A stretch of DNA of 64,000 nucleotides. Source: an uncultured Chloroflexia bacterium (GTDB lineage: Bacteria > Chloroflexota > Anaerolineae > CG2-30-64-16). Location: the NCBI GenBank assembly GCA_963810095.1, contig CAWEMM010000006.1, forward strand, positions 576,001 to 640,000, read 5' to 3'. The notes below the pieces were generated by a model. The model made no database searches and had not been told where the DNA came from. It worked only from the letters and a program-made list of their open reading frames with translations. The position numbers were made by a program, and so were the translations under genes. Below are positions 41,856 to 53,333 of this stretch, piece after piece; position 1 is the first letter of the stretch; every line of letters starts with the position of its first letter.

Positions 41856-42500
41856 CTACCGCAACCGACGCGGCCGAATGCGGCCTTCGCGGATCTCCTG
41901 CGCCAGCTGCGCCTCGCTGGTCACGGGCCGGGCAAATTCGGTGGCGGTTACGCCTACCTGCCACGCCGCGTGTGCGTCTGAACCGCCGCAGACGGGCAGC
42001 CCGAGGATGCGGGCCAGGTCTTCAGCCTGCCGCAGCTCGTCACCATTCACCTGGCCGTTGAACGTCTCGATCGCATGAATATGTTCCAACTCAGGCCGGG
42101 TCACGAGGTTTGCATCCAGCGCCAGGCCCTGTTTCTCCAGCCAGTACCAGAGCGCCCAGCCGCCGCCGTGCCGGAATGGATGCGCCAGCACCGCGGCGCC
42201 GCCCCGCTCGTCGACGTGGCGCAGCAGCTCCGCGCCCTCGACCCCGGACTCATAATCCTCGTCCAGGCCGAACACCAGTACATCGCCCAGGGTCGTGCGC
42301 GCCTCGACACCCCGGAACACCGTGAAGCCGTACTTCTCACGGGCGAGCATCTGCGCCTCACGGCCACCCCACGCAAAATGATGGTCGGTCACGCACACGG
42401 CGTCCAACCCGGTCTTCATCGCGGCCTGAATCAACTGGTCGGCGGTCTGGCCTGAACAGGGGGAACAAGGCCGCGTGTGGGAGTGCAAATCAATCAGCAT
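41856..42500 (-). CDS. PHP-domain phosphoesterase
   Basis: IDLHSHT, VTDHH, GVE, AHPFR, GGSDAH. Confidence 0.92.
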   Translation of the reverse strand: MLIDLHSHTRPCSPCSGQTADQLIQAAMKTGLDAVCVTDHHFAWGGREAQMLAREKYGFTVFRGVEARTTLGDVLVFGLDEDYESGVEGAELLRHVDERGGAAVLAHPFRHGGGWALWYWLEKQGLALDANLVTRPELEHIHAIETFNGQVNGDELRQAEDLARILGLPVCGGSDAHAAWQVGVTATEFARPVTSEAQLAQEIREGRIRPRRLR

Positions 42501-42503
42501 TGG

Positions 42504-45437
42504 TCAATCACCATGGTCAACCACGGCTGCCTCGTTTCGCTTGATCACAATGAGGGTAAAGTCGTCATACTGCGCCTCACTGCCCGCCCATGCGAGGACA
42601 GCGGCGTCGATCGCGCCGGCAATCGACTCGGCGGGCTGGGCCCGGTGCTCGCAGAACAGGTCCGCGAGCCGGGCGTCTCCGAATTCCTCGCCCGCGGCAT
42701 TAAGCGTGTCGATCGCACCGTCGGTAAAGAAGAGAATCACATCGCCCGGCTGCAAGTCAACCGCCCTTTGTTCGAACTCCACGTCGGCCGTGATGCCCAG
42801 GGCCAGCCCGTTGGCGGTCAGAGTGCCCGGCGCGCCTTCGGCCCCAGCCGCATGCAGGGCCAGATTATGGCCCACGCTCGCGTACGTCAGCCGGTGCTCG
42901 TGAAAATCGAGCACGCCGTAGTGGGCCGTCACAAACATGTCGGAGGTGCTGTCGGAGAGGATGAGGTCGTTCATCCGCTGCAGAGCGGTCGCGGGGTCGC
43001 GGCCGCTGAATGCGACCGCCCGCATGATCGTACGGGCAAACATCATGTAGAGCGCGGCCGGAATGCCCTTGCCCGACACGTCGGCGATGATCAGGCCGAG
43101 GCGGAATGGGCCAAGTCGGAAGAAGTCAAAGAAATCACCACCCACCTCGCGCGCCGAGCGCCAGCGGTAGGCCACCTGGTACCCCTCAACGACCGGCGCT
43201 TCCTGGGGCAGCAGGGTCTTCTGGATGTCGTGAGCCAGTTCCAGCTCGCGGCCGATGGCCGCCCGCTCCGCCTCCTGCACCTGCAGTCGGGCATTCTCGA
43301 TGGCAATGGCAGCCTGGTTGGCAATGCCCACCAGAATGCGCACGCGCCGGGGACTGAACATGTGCGCGCTATCGACGTCGTCGGCCAACAGGGCGCCGAT
43401 CGGCTCGTCTGCCACGAGCAACGGCACAACCAGGATCGTGCGGCTGCCAAAACGGTCGGTCCAGGTTTCGGGCACCCGCGGGTTACCCTGCGTGTCGTCA
43501 ACGACGATCGGCTGCCCGCTGCGGCACGCGTCGTCCAGCAGGGGCAGGTCGCCGGGGCGGATGACCGCGTTCTCATAGGCTTGGGAGAGGCCCGGCCGCA
43601 GGCTGTGCACCGTCCGCGCGACGTAGTTGCCCTCCTCGTCGAGGATGAGGGCGACGCAGCGATCCACGCCGGTGAGTGCGGGCGCAATGCGGGCCACTTG
43701 CTCCAGGGTCACATTCACCGGCTGGAGCCGGCGGATCGCCTCGGCCACCTGCAGCAGGACGGTTGAGGTCCAGGCTTCCTCTTCGCGCATGGCCGTCAGC
43801 CGCGCGTTGTCGACCGCCGCCGCGATCTGGTGTGCGATGCCGCCCAGCATCGCGAGGCGGCGCTCGTCGAGCTGCGACACCCGCTGGCGGCTGAAGCCCG
43901 CGCCCAGCACCCCAAATACCTCGCCCTGGTTCAGCATGGGCAGCAGCGCGATCAGGTCGCCCGAGCAGACAAGATTGAACGGTTCAGGCAGGCAGCCCGG
44001 TTCGACGTCGGGGTCGAGCACAACCGCGGCCCGGTTCGAACGCAACCCGTCAAGCGCCTGCCAGTCGCCTTCGAAGAAGCGGAGCGCGACCGCCGGGTCC
44101 GCGTCCTCGTCCAGCCGCAGGCCAAACGAGGTTGCATACTGGAACGCCCCGTACTCTTCGTCCCAGAGCCAGATGGTCGTCGACTCGACGCCCGCCAGCA
44201 TGGCGGTGACCCGGACAGCGGCTTCCAGCACCTCGCCCATGCCCTCGGCCTGGCTGGTCGCCTCGGCCACCTGGAGCATGACGGTGGTCGTCCACGCCTC
44301 GATGCGCTGCGCTTCGTAAGCGCGGGCCGAGTTCACGGCGACCGCCGCCTGATCCGCGAGCATCCGGAGGACAAACAAGTCATCCGGCCCGAAGGCGTCG
44401 GGCTCGGTGCTCTGCACGTCGAGCACGCCTACGACTTCGCCTTCCACCAGCATCGGGACCGCAATTTCAGCTCGGGTGTCGGGCAGCAGGCGCGGATCGT
44501 CCGGAATGTACCGCGGTTCGAGCGCGACGTCGTTCGCAACCAGCGCTTCGCCGTGCTCGGCCGCCCAGCCGATGATCCCCTCTCGCCCGATATGCATGGT
44601 GCGACCTTCGGCCAGCCATTTTGCGTTGAGCCCATGCCCGCTCGATGCCTTGAATACCGCCCGGTCGCTCTCCTGCTCGATCAGGAAGATCTGCACGTGG
44701 TAATAGTCAAAACGCGTCTGAATAAGGTCGACCAGCTCGCCCAACAGACGATCCAGATCCAGGATGCTGGTGATGCGCCGGCCCACCTCTGAGACGGCCG
44801 TCAGCGCATTGAGCCGGCGCTCCGCGCGCTCGTACAGCCGGGCGTTGTTCAGCGCCGACGCGCTCTGATTCGCGAGGATGGAAAGGAGGCGCAGGTCGTT
44901 TTCGCCGAATGCTTCCGGTTCGGCGTGCTGGATCGAAACCGCACCAAGCACCGTATCGGCGACCAGCAAGGGGAGATAGATGCCCGAGCGCGGTGGATTG
45001 GCGCTCAGGTACGCAGGCTTGGCCGGGAGAGAGTCCATTTCGGTCGCGAAATCGTGGACCAGGAGCGGCTGATGCGAGATACGCAGCCATCCAATGATGC
45101 CCTGGCCCGCGGGGACGCTGAATGAGACGGGCGGCTGGCGCACGCCGTCTCGCACCCAGACCTTGATATGGTACTGGTCGCCCTCGAACAGGCCCAGCTG
45201 GAAGGTGTCTGTGGGGACAATACGAGCCGCAAGGGTGTAGATGAGCTCTGCAAGCGCATCCTGATCCATCTGCGCCTGTAGAATGGAGCGGCCGATCTCG
45301 GCAAGGGTCGCCAGCTCGGCCTGGCGTCCTGCGGCATGGCGCGCGTAGCGGGCAGCAGCGCGGGATCGCGATGATCCTTTGGCGGCGGCCGGTCGCAAAT
45401 TCGCGGCCTTCTTCGCACCACCCCGTGGTGCGTTCAC
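42504..45437 (-). CDS. Multi-GAF PP2C/SpoIIE (RsbU-like) phosphatase
   Basis: About four GAF repeats each ending in a NARL-like motif; EVGGDFFD, IADVSGKG, FTDG, DDFTL. Confidence 0.93.
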   Translation of the reverse strand: MNAPRGGAKKAANLRPAAAKGSSRSRAAARYARHAAGRQAELATLAEIGRSILQAQMDQDALAELIYTLAARIVPTDTFQLGLFEGDQYHIKVWVRDGVRQPPVSFSVPAGQGIIGWLRISHQPLLVHDFATEMDSLPAKPAYLSANPPRSGIYLPLLVADTVLGAVSIQHAEPEAFGENDLRLLSILANQSASALNNARLYERAERRLNALTAVSEVGRRITSILDLDRLLGELVDLIQTRFDYYHVQIFLIEQESDRAVFKASSGHGLNAKWLAEGRTMHIGREGIIGWAAEHGEALVANDVALEPRYIPDDPRLLPDTRAEIAVPMLVEGEVVGVLDVQSTEPDAFGPDDLFVLRMLADQAAVAVNSARAYEAQRIEAWTTTVMLQVAEATSQAEGMGEVLEAAVRVTAMLAGVESTTIWLWDEEYGAFQYATSFGLRLDEDADPAVALRFFEGDWQALDGLRSNRAAVVLDPDVEPGCLPEPFNLVCSGDLIALLPMLNQGEVFGVLGAGFSRQRVSQLDERRLAMLGGIAHQIAAAVDNARLTAMREEEAWTSTVLLQVAEAIRRLQPVNVTLEQVARIAPALTGVDRCVALILDEEGNYVARTVHSLRPGLSQAYENAVIRPGDLPLLDDACRSGQPIVVDDTQGNPRVPETWTDRFGSRTILVVPLLVADEPIGALLADDVDSAHMFSPRRVRILVGIANQAAIAIENARLQVQEAERAAIGRELELAHDIQKTLLPQEAPVVEGYQVAYRWRSAREVGGDFFDFFRLGPFRLGLIIADVSGKGIPAALYMMFARTIMRAVAFSGRDPATALQRMNDLILSDSTSDMFVTAHYGVLDFHEHRLTYASVGHNLALHAAGAEGAPGTLTANGLALGITADVEFEQRAVDLQPGDVILFFTDGAIDTLNAAGEEFGDARLADLFCEHRAQPAESIAGAIDAAVLAWAGSEAQYDDFTLIVIKRNEAAVVDHGD

Positions 45438-45856
45438 GCGGCGCCCCGTTTGACCATCGTCAATAAATTACCGTCGGGCAGGGTCTCGTACCGCACCTCG
45501 TCCATGAGCTCGTGCATCAGGTGGAGCCCGAGCCCCCCTACGGGCCGGTCCTCGAGCGGAACGGTCTCGTCCGGCCGGCCCACCTTCCCCGGCTTGAAGG
45601 GCTTGGCGTGATCGCGCAGTTCGACGGTCACGTCGCCTTCGTCGACGCGAAAGAGGACAGACAGCACACCGCCGCGGCCCTTATAGCCATGCTCGATGAC
45701 GTTGCTGACTGCCTCCTCGACGGCGAGCGTGAGGTCGAAGCGCAGGTCGGGGTTGATCGATGCATCCTCGCACGCAGCCTCGACAAACTCGATGAGGACC
45801 GGAAGCGCGCTCATCCTGCCGTCGCACTTCATTTCTCTCACGAAGGGTTGGCTCAC
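45434..45856 (-). CDS. RsbW-like anti-sigma factor / serine kinase
   Basis: LAVEEAVSNVIEHGY, LRDHAKPF, GGLGLHLMHELMDEV; GTG start at 45856. Confidence 0.9.
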   Translation of the reverse strand: MSQPFVREMKCDGRMSALPVLIEFVEAACEDASINPDLRFDLTLAVEEAVSNVIEHGYKGRGGVLSVLFRVDEGDVTVELRDHAKPFKPGKVGRPDETVPLEDRPVGGLGLHLMHELMDEVRYETLPDGNLLTMVKRGAA

Positions 45857-45962
45857 CTTGCTCCACCTTGCAATACGCCCCGAGGCCCGGTGCGGGGAGT
45901 TGGGTAGCCTTCGGCCACCTTGCACCCGGCACCCGACCATCGGGGCGCAATCCTAACTCACC

Positions 45963-46298
45963 CTAGAAGCTGCCGACGGCCTCGGCCTCGGTGTCGTAGA
46001 TCATGAACTGCCCGCTCAGCCCGGTCAGGTCCAACACTTTTCGGATATTGGGATTGACCTCAGCCAGCCGCATGTCGCCGCGATTCCAACGCCGGCAGTT
46101 CTTCCACGTGCTGATGAGCTCACGCAGCGCAGCGCTTGACGTGTAGGAGACGTCCTTCATATTGATCACCATCTTGTAGTGACCCACGTCCGTCAGGCTG
46201 CGGAGCTGGGTGCCCAACTCCGGGGCCACACTGCCGTCGATGCGCCCGCCCAACCGGACCAGCGTGCAACGCTTCATGTCGACGTTCGAGAATTCCAT
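45963..46298 (-). CDS. STAS-domain anti-anti-sigma factor (RsbV-like)
   Basis: LGGRID, INMKDVSYTSSAALREL, KVLDLTGL. Confidence 0.92.
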   Translation of the reverse strand: MEFSNVDMKRCTLVRLGGRIDGSVAPELGTQLRSLTDVGHYKMVINMKDVSYTSSAALRELISTWKNCRRWNRGDMRLAEVNPNIRKVLDLTGLSGQFMIYDTEAEAVGSF

Positions 46299-46536
46299 GA
46301 GAATCACCTCCGTGGGTAACCGCGTCTTTCAGATAGCTATGCGGCTCGCGCCTTTTAGGAGCCGCAGTGTATCACATGCTAACCCGCCGCACAACTCCAG
46401 TTTGCGGCTAACTGATCGGAGATAACCAAGACCTGCAGGAGCTTCGAGACCACGCAGGTCCTCTCCGGGGTTCCCCTTTGAGCGAAACTAAAGCGTACGC
46501 AACGTGCGCCGCGTGCAATTCGACGCGTCGGCCGGA

Positions 46537-48033
46537 TCAGTCGTGCAGGCTCGACGGGACGGCGGCGGATTGCGAGGCCCCGCCGCACGTCAGCCCGACA
46601 AGCACCATGCCCAGCCCCAGGTAGCTCCAGAGCATGACACCCATGTGTGGATAGACGAGGTTGAAGAGGTAATGATCGAAGATGCCGCCGACCAGCGCAC
46701 CGACGATGGCGGCCAACAAACCGAGCAGCAGGGCCTCGGCCCGGGCGTCCTCGACCGATTGGGGGACCACAGCCCGTGTCTGCCGCCAGGCCCAGAAGAG
46801 ATTGGCCAGGTAGCCGGCGATCACGACGAGAAAGACAAAGACACCCAACACGCCCATGATTTCGGCCATCAGCAGGTAGAGGTTCGACACTCCCACATAC
46901 AGGTCGGCGTCTGGCGAACCGGCAAAACCCACGCCAAACCACGGGTAACGGCCGATTAGCGCCAGTGCGTCCTTGTACTCGCCCAAGCGCATCAGCGTAG
47001 CCCGGTCCTGCAGCTGGATGCCCTCGACGAAGTGGAGCACGTACGCCTGCGCCTGGGGCAAGAGCAGCAACAGCACGCCCCCCACCAGCGCCAACAGCAG
47101 CAGCTTGCGATAGCGCAGGAGGCCGATCACGACCAGCCCGACGGCCAGGCCCGCGAGCGAACCCCGGCTGTACGTCAGATACAAGCACAGGAACTCGACG
47201 CCCAGGAAGCCGACGATCAGCCAGCGGCGGAAGAGTGGGCTAGGGCTGACCAACTGCGGCAGCGTCAAGCCGATGGTCAGGATCATGAAGCCGCCGAGCA
47301 CATTCGGGTCCACCATCGTGCCGATGGCGCGCATGGGATTCTCGGCGCTGTCCTCGATATAGCGGAGCGCGCCTGCGCCGCCGGGATAACCGAACCGGCC
47401 CAGTGCGTCGAGAATCCGGATCGTCATCGTCTCCGGAATGACGTAGAAGACCACCGCAATACCGGCCGCTACTACGCCCGCAAGCATAATCAGGCGCGCG
47501 AAGAACTCCGCGTCGCGCCGTGTGCGCAGCGTGTTCAGGAGCACGAAGAAGAACGCGATGGCCAGGACCAGTTCGGCAAAGTTGCGAAGGGTGGTCATCG
47601 TCGGCCGGCTGAAGCGCAGCCCGTTGGCAAACGCAAAGAAGGCCACCAACAGGAAGAGCAACACCGCCGCACCGATTGGCGAGCCAATCACTTCCCGGTC
47701 TCGCCGGGTGAAGATGCGGATGAGCCAGACGAAGTAGACCGCCAACACGGCGACGTTCAGGAACGTGGGCGTGAAGCCGATCTTGAACGGCAGCGTGGCG
47801 AACGGCAGAAAGCCGATGACCACGAACACCGCGATCATGCCCCACCGCACGTCGGTGAGGACGAGCGCCGCGGCCACCAGCACGACCAGGCCGGCCGTCC
47901 CATAGAGCGGACCTGCGACTGCAATGACGAGCGCCGCAAAGAGCGCGCCGCCGAAAATGAGCGCGCCCCGGCCGAACCACGCCACACGTGGGTCCGGGCT
48001 GAAAAGAATGCTTTCGACGCAATTCAAGAGCAT
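46537..48033 (-). CDS. O-antigen ligase/polymerase-like membrane protein
   Basis: RAIGTMVDPNVLGG, LTYSRG, YPWFGVG, NLYLLMAEIMGVLG; many TM helices. Confidence 0.88.
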   Translation of the reverse strand: MLLNCVESILFSPDPRVAWFGRGALIFGGALFAALVIAVAGPLYGTAGLVVLVAAALVLTDVRWGMIAVFVVIGFLPFATLPFKIGFTPTFLNVAVLAVYFVWLIRIFTRRDREVIGSPIGAAVLLFLLVAFFAFANGLRFSRPTMTTLRNFAELVLAIAFFFVLLNTLRTRRDAEFFARLIMLAGVVAAGIAVVFYVIPETMTIRILDALGRFGYPGGAGALRYIEDSAENPMRAIGTMVDPNVLGGFMILTIGLTLPQLVSPSPLFRRWLIVGFLGVEFLCLYLTYSRGSLAGLAVGLVVIGLLRYRKLLLLALVGGVLLLLLPQAQAYVLHFVEGIQLQDRATLMRLGEYKDALALIGRYPWFGVGFAGSPDADLYVGVSNLYLLMAEIMGVLGVFVFLVVIAGYLANLFWAWRQTRAVVPQSVEDARAEALLLGLLAAIVGALVGGIFDHYLFNLVYPHMGVMLWSYLGLGMVLVGLTCGGASQSAAVPSSLHD

Positions 48034-48123
48034 TTGCTGATTATACCACCGTGCTCTGCCGTCACCATGCGCGGCCTACCCGGTTCGGCCTGGCCGTGAC
48101 GCCTGGCGCGTCTGGAACCCGGG

Positions 48124-50927
48124 TCAGCGAGCATGCACGACCAATGGGCGGGGCAGAGTGAGGACGTCGCTCCCGGCGCACGCCAGCCGCTCGCCCGTGG
48201 GCTCATCATAGAACCCCAGGCGCACCGTGTACTCCCCGGGCGGAAGATCGGCCGGTAGGGGAATATCATGGACGTCGACCAGCACTTCCTGGGGCTGCCA
48301 GGACGACGTGAATGCTCCACCGTCCAGCGGATACCCGTCGCTCTGGGTGCGCCGCTCGCCTGCTGCATCGAAGACGTGGATGAACACCTTCCAGTTGCGC
48401 TTCGTCGGGCCGCCGGCCTGCCACGTCAGCGTGATCGGCACCGTGGAGCCGGGCAGCACCGACTCGGGCAGGCCGGCGCGCACCAGGCGCACGCCCTCAT
48501 CACACGCCAGGTCCACCGGCTCACCGCCTGCGGGCAGCGTAAAGCTGTGCGGCCGGTCCTCGACGACCAGGCGACCGAGTGGGACGACCGCGGCGCTTGC
48601 GGGGCTTGCGCCCGCCTCCGCCACCCCGACTGACACCCGGTAGTCGCCGGGGGGCAGATCGCTGGGCAGGGTAAAACCGGTCCGGGTCGCGATCACGCGC
48701 CCCGGCTGCCAGTCGGCGGTCGGGTGCCAGGCGGGGCCCAGGGGCTGGACGAGCGCGGCCTGCGAGCGACCCTGAATGAACAGCTGCAGGTCGAGCGCAG
48801 GCTGCGGTTCGTTGACCTCCCACTGCAGCGGGACGGCGAGGGTCGCGCCCGCCCGCACCGGCGCATCCCCAAAGCCGCTGCTCCGCAAGGTCAGGCCGGG
48901 TCTCACGCTCGCGTTCAGGGTCTTGGCGAGGGGAGGTGTGGCCGGCACAGGGGAGAGCGGCGCGGTCACCCGGACGGTCGCCAGGTCGAGCCCGGACTCT
49001 AATACCGAGTCGCCCGCCCGGGCAGTCAGAGAAGCGCCCTTGTCGGTGAACCAATTCAGCTGGAGCTTGTACTCGCCCGGTGGGACGTCCGGCTGCACCT
49101 GGAATGCCAACCGGTCTGTGACCGGCGCGTCCTTCCAGTCCGACGTTGCACAGCGCCCGTTGCACGGCTCTGATCCGAGCTTGCTCCACACCGCGCCGTC
49201 GGGCCCCACCAGGTTGAGCGTGCGGAGGTAATGCTCAGGGATCTTGCCGAGCCGCTGCCACTGGAACTCGAGCCGCAGCGCGTCGCCGGCGGCGACCTCG
49301 ACCGTGGGGGCCGGCGAGCCCGGTGCACTATCTACTACACCGGCCGCCGCCCACCCTGCCAGGCCGATCAGGTCGCCCCAGCGGGCGCCGCCCGGCTGGG
49401 ACACCAAGGGCCGCCCGGTATAATAGTGCACCACGCCGCGGCCGCCGGGGAACCACACGCGTTCCCCCGGGAACGCCAGGGCATTGAAGGCTCGCTCGAC
49501 GCGATCCGTGTTCTCCGGACCGGGGAAGAGCATGAGCCAGAGCGAGGGCGCGCCGGTGGCCACCACCTCAGCCGCCCGCTGCTGTGCCACCTCCTCGCTG
49601 ATTTCCTGGTGTCGCTCGATCACGGCGTTGTAGTAAGGCAAGTTCCGGCGGTTGTAATAGCTGTCGAAGGGCCAGTCGAAGTAGTAGGTGTAGACGATGG
49701 GCTCGCCATCCCGCGCCCGGGCGTTCACATAGTCTGTCGTGACGGCAAACGGCCGCTGCCGCGTTCTCGATATGCCGGACGGACATGCCGAGATTCAGGG
49801 CCACCAGGACGATCAGCAGGCCCGCGCCCAGCGCACGTGACCGGCGCCAGACCACGGCGATGCCGTATGCCGCTGCCACCAGTGCCAACCCGATGGTGGC
49901 CGAAGTGTGGCGGGCCGAAGAAAACGGCATGACCAACACCGCGATCACGGAAGGCACGATGATGAGCAGGCCAAGCAGCCAGCGGAGGTCGAGAGGCGTG
50001 CGCCGGGGCACGCGGTCCACCCAGACGATGCCGGTCAACACGAGCGAGGCGACGAACAGGGTCGACACGACCACTGCGAGGAACGGCAGGGTGCCGACGT
50101 TCGTGCCAATCGCCCACTCGGCGTAGACGTCCCACAAGGGCCCCAGCGTGTGCGGCATCGCGAGGAAGAGCTTGATGCCCTCGACCAGGCTGGCGCGCGG
50201 TCCGGGGAAGACCGCGAACAGTGCGACGCCGGCCACGAACAGCACGCCGAGGATTTGCACGAAGCGCATCCGGCTCGCTGCAGGCAAGGTGCGCCAGCGG
50301 ATCAAGACAAACAAGACATAGCAGAAAAGCACGAGGCTGATCAGGTAGTGCATCCCGATGGCCGCGCCCATGGCGAGCACGAAGAGGGCCCAATCGCGCC
50401 ACCGGTTCGAGCGCAGCGCCCGGTCGAGCGCGTACACGCTGAGCGGGACGAGCATCATCAGCCAGGGATACATCCGGGCGTCCCGGGCATGCTTGATGAG
50501 CATCGGGTTCGTGGCCGCAATGATGCCGACGACGAGCGCGAAGCGCTGCCCGCTCCACCTGCCGCGCCAGCGTCACCAGCACGGCTACGGCCAGCGTCAT
50601 GCCCATCCACGAGAACGCCCGCAGTGCAAACTCGCTGTCGCCTGCCACCGACATCCACGCATGGAGGAGGACGTAATACAGCGGCGGGTGCTCCCATGCA
50701 CGGCTGAGCGAGTAGGAGAGGACCTCGAGCAGCGGCTTGCGCGCGATCCAATAGCTGATTGCCTCGTCGACCCAGAGATCGGGGCCGTTCAACCGCCACA
50801 GGCTGAGCAGCGCCGCAAGCAGCAGGATCGCGGCGACCTGCAGCTTGAACGGCACGCGCGCGAGGGCTGCCGCCAACTGCTCGAAGAACAGCAGCGCTGC
50901 GCGCTTGAGCCGGGTCCAGGCGGTCAT
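48124..50927 (-). CDS. GT-C (GT39-like) glycosyltransferase with three C-terminal beta domains, frameshifts near 50550 and 49750
   Basis: DLWVDEA, EHPPLYY, SEFALR (ORF 49725..50927); DARMYP (ORF 49568..50503); three PG[DE]Y-containing domains (ORF 48124..49728). Confidence 0.8.
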
Positions 50928-53327
50928 CGGATCGTGGCCTCGCCGAGATCCACCCGGCCGTCAGGCGTGGCGGGCTCGACCGGCAGGTTCGCCAGCGGCT
51001 CGGGCTGATACATGCCGGCCTTCAGCCGGTACGCGCCGGGAGCGAGGCCGGCAGGCAGGGGCAGCCGGTGCGTGTCGGCGATCAACTCGCCCGCACGCCA
51101 ACGGGTGGTCGGCGTGTACCTGCCGCCCGGGTCGCCGTCATGCTGCGCGATGACCTGTCCGTCGGGCCCGAGCAGGTGCACGAAGGACTTGTAGTTGGAT
51201 CCCACCTCGCGTAAGGCGAACCAATACAAGGTTACGTCAACTGCGTTCGTTTCAGATGCGCCGGGCCGGGGCTGCACCGCGTCATAGCCCACGAGCAGCG
51301 CAACATCGCCCAGGGCAGCACTGACGGGCGCGGGCGTCCAGGTGTGCTTGCCGAGGCCCATGCCGTTCAAACCGAGCACGAGCGCCAACCCGACGAGGCC
51401 GGCGGCGGCCGGCCGCAGTCCCGGGGCCGCGCACAGCGCCAGGCGAGAACGGCCCAAATCGCCACCCCGAGCAAGGCAAGTGCGCCGCCGGCGAGCCAGG
51501 CCGGCTGGGGCCCAAAGCGGAAGGACACCCGGTTCGCGCCCGCGGGCAGTTGCGCCGAAACCAGCGCCAACTCGCCCACCGGGGTCGTGGGCACCCGCTT
51601 GCCGTTCACCTGCGCCTGCCACCCGGGCAGGTAGAACTGGTGCAGCAGGACGGCCAGGGGCGCGGCCGTGTCCACCGAGAGCTCTACGCGGTCGTAGCCC
51701 GCACGGGTCACCCGCACGGCGGGCCGGGGCGAGAGCGGCGTCCCGTCGGTCGCCCCCTCCCGCGGCCGGCCTAGCGCCCAGCGTTGCTCGCTGACGGCCA
51801 GCGGAAGAAACTCGCCCGTCCAGGTGGCGCCCACCTGGCCCATCTCCGCATCCTCCCGCCACATCCGGTCGGGCCACCAAGCATCCGGCGCGGGGATGGA
51901 AACGGCGACCTCGCGGGAAGGTTGGGCAGCGGCTGGAGCACGAGCAGCAGCGCGATGGCGGCCACGGCTGCCAGCGCGGGCGCAGGCAAGCCGGCCGCTC
52001 CCGAAGGTGTGTTACGCCGGCCCAGCAGCGCCGGCAGCGCTCCTGCAACCCCGGCCAGGCCCAACGCGGCCAAGCCCAGGAAGCGCCAGGGATATTGGAG
52101 GCTGGCAATCAGCGGTAAGGCCCGCCAGATCGGTAGGGCCGGATCGGCGGACATGACGACCGCGCCGGCGACGAGGCACAAGCTGAAGATCAGCGGCCCC
52201 GCCGCAGGCAGCGCCTCACCCGCAGACTTGCCGCGGGCCCGTCCCGTCACCCAACGCCACAGGGTCAGGCCGAACACTCCGACCACCAGCACGACCGTCA
52301 GCGCACTCAGCGGGTAATCGGCCCCGGCCTCTGTCGCCTGCGGCACCTTGTACCGGTAGAAGAAGGCCCCTTGCACCAGGTCATTCAGCGGCGCGAAGTG
52401 CTCGCGATAGCCCTCGCCCGGCGCAAGGCTTAGCCCAACGAAGCGGCTCTCGGCGAAGAAGGGCAGCCAGAGCGGCGCGCTGAGCAGCACCGCCAGCAGA
52501 AATGAGCCGGCCGCAGACACCAGCCCGCGGCCGTTCCGGGTCCACAGGGCCAGGACGGCCACGTAGACCAGCCAGACGGGGGCCATTATCAGCGCGGTGA
52601 GGTTGTGCGTCAGGATCAACCCGGCCCACGCGAGCGCGCCCCACAGCCAACCCGGCCGGGACGCCGGCCCCCGCTCACGAAAAGCGACGGCGTAGGCCCA
52701 CAGGATGAGCGGCGGCCAGATGAAGGCGAAGTGCTCGGGGATCGCGCCGCGCACGTAGGGATCTACCAGGTGGTAGGGGAAATAGGTGTATGCCAGCGCG
52801 GCTAACAACCCGCCCCAAGGCCCCCAGAGATAGTTTCCGAAGCCAAAGGCGGCCAGCGCGGCGAGGATAAAGCCGAGCGCGATCACGCCGGCCAACGCCA
52901 CTTCCGGCGAGACGCCGAGCGCTGCCAGCAGCGCGCCGGGCCAGTAGGCCAATGGGGCATAGAAGTTCAGCACGGCCTGGCCGTAGCCGAAGCCGAACTG
53001 CGGAAAGATGCGCGGGGCCAGCACGCCGTGCTGCCATGCGCCGGCCAGCGCGGCGATGCGATAGACGTGGAAACGGCCGTCGGCGGACGCGACAAAGGGT
53101 CCACCGGACAGCAGCGGCCACAGCGCCGGCAGCGTCAGAAGGATTACCAGGAGGACCCATAACAGTCGGGACTTGCGGCTCACGAAATCAAGCCTCGTAC
53201 GGGGCAGCGTGTTCGTACCCGTCCAGAGCGACCCGGGACGCGTTCCTTCGGCAGGGTGCGTCCCAGGCTGATGACGCAATGCAGCCGCTGGCAGTTCCAG
53301 GCGGGCGGCTGCCGCTGTCTGCGACAC
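50924..53327 (-). CDS. GT-C-like membrane protein (YfhO/PTPS-related membrane family), frameshifts near 51880 and 51400
   Basis: DGRFHVYR, GFGYGQAVLNFYAPLAY, PYHLVDPYVRGAIPE, LQYPWRFL; FYLPGWQAQVNG; C-terminal beta domain. Confidence 0.78.
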
Positions 53328-53333
53328 AACGCC

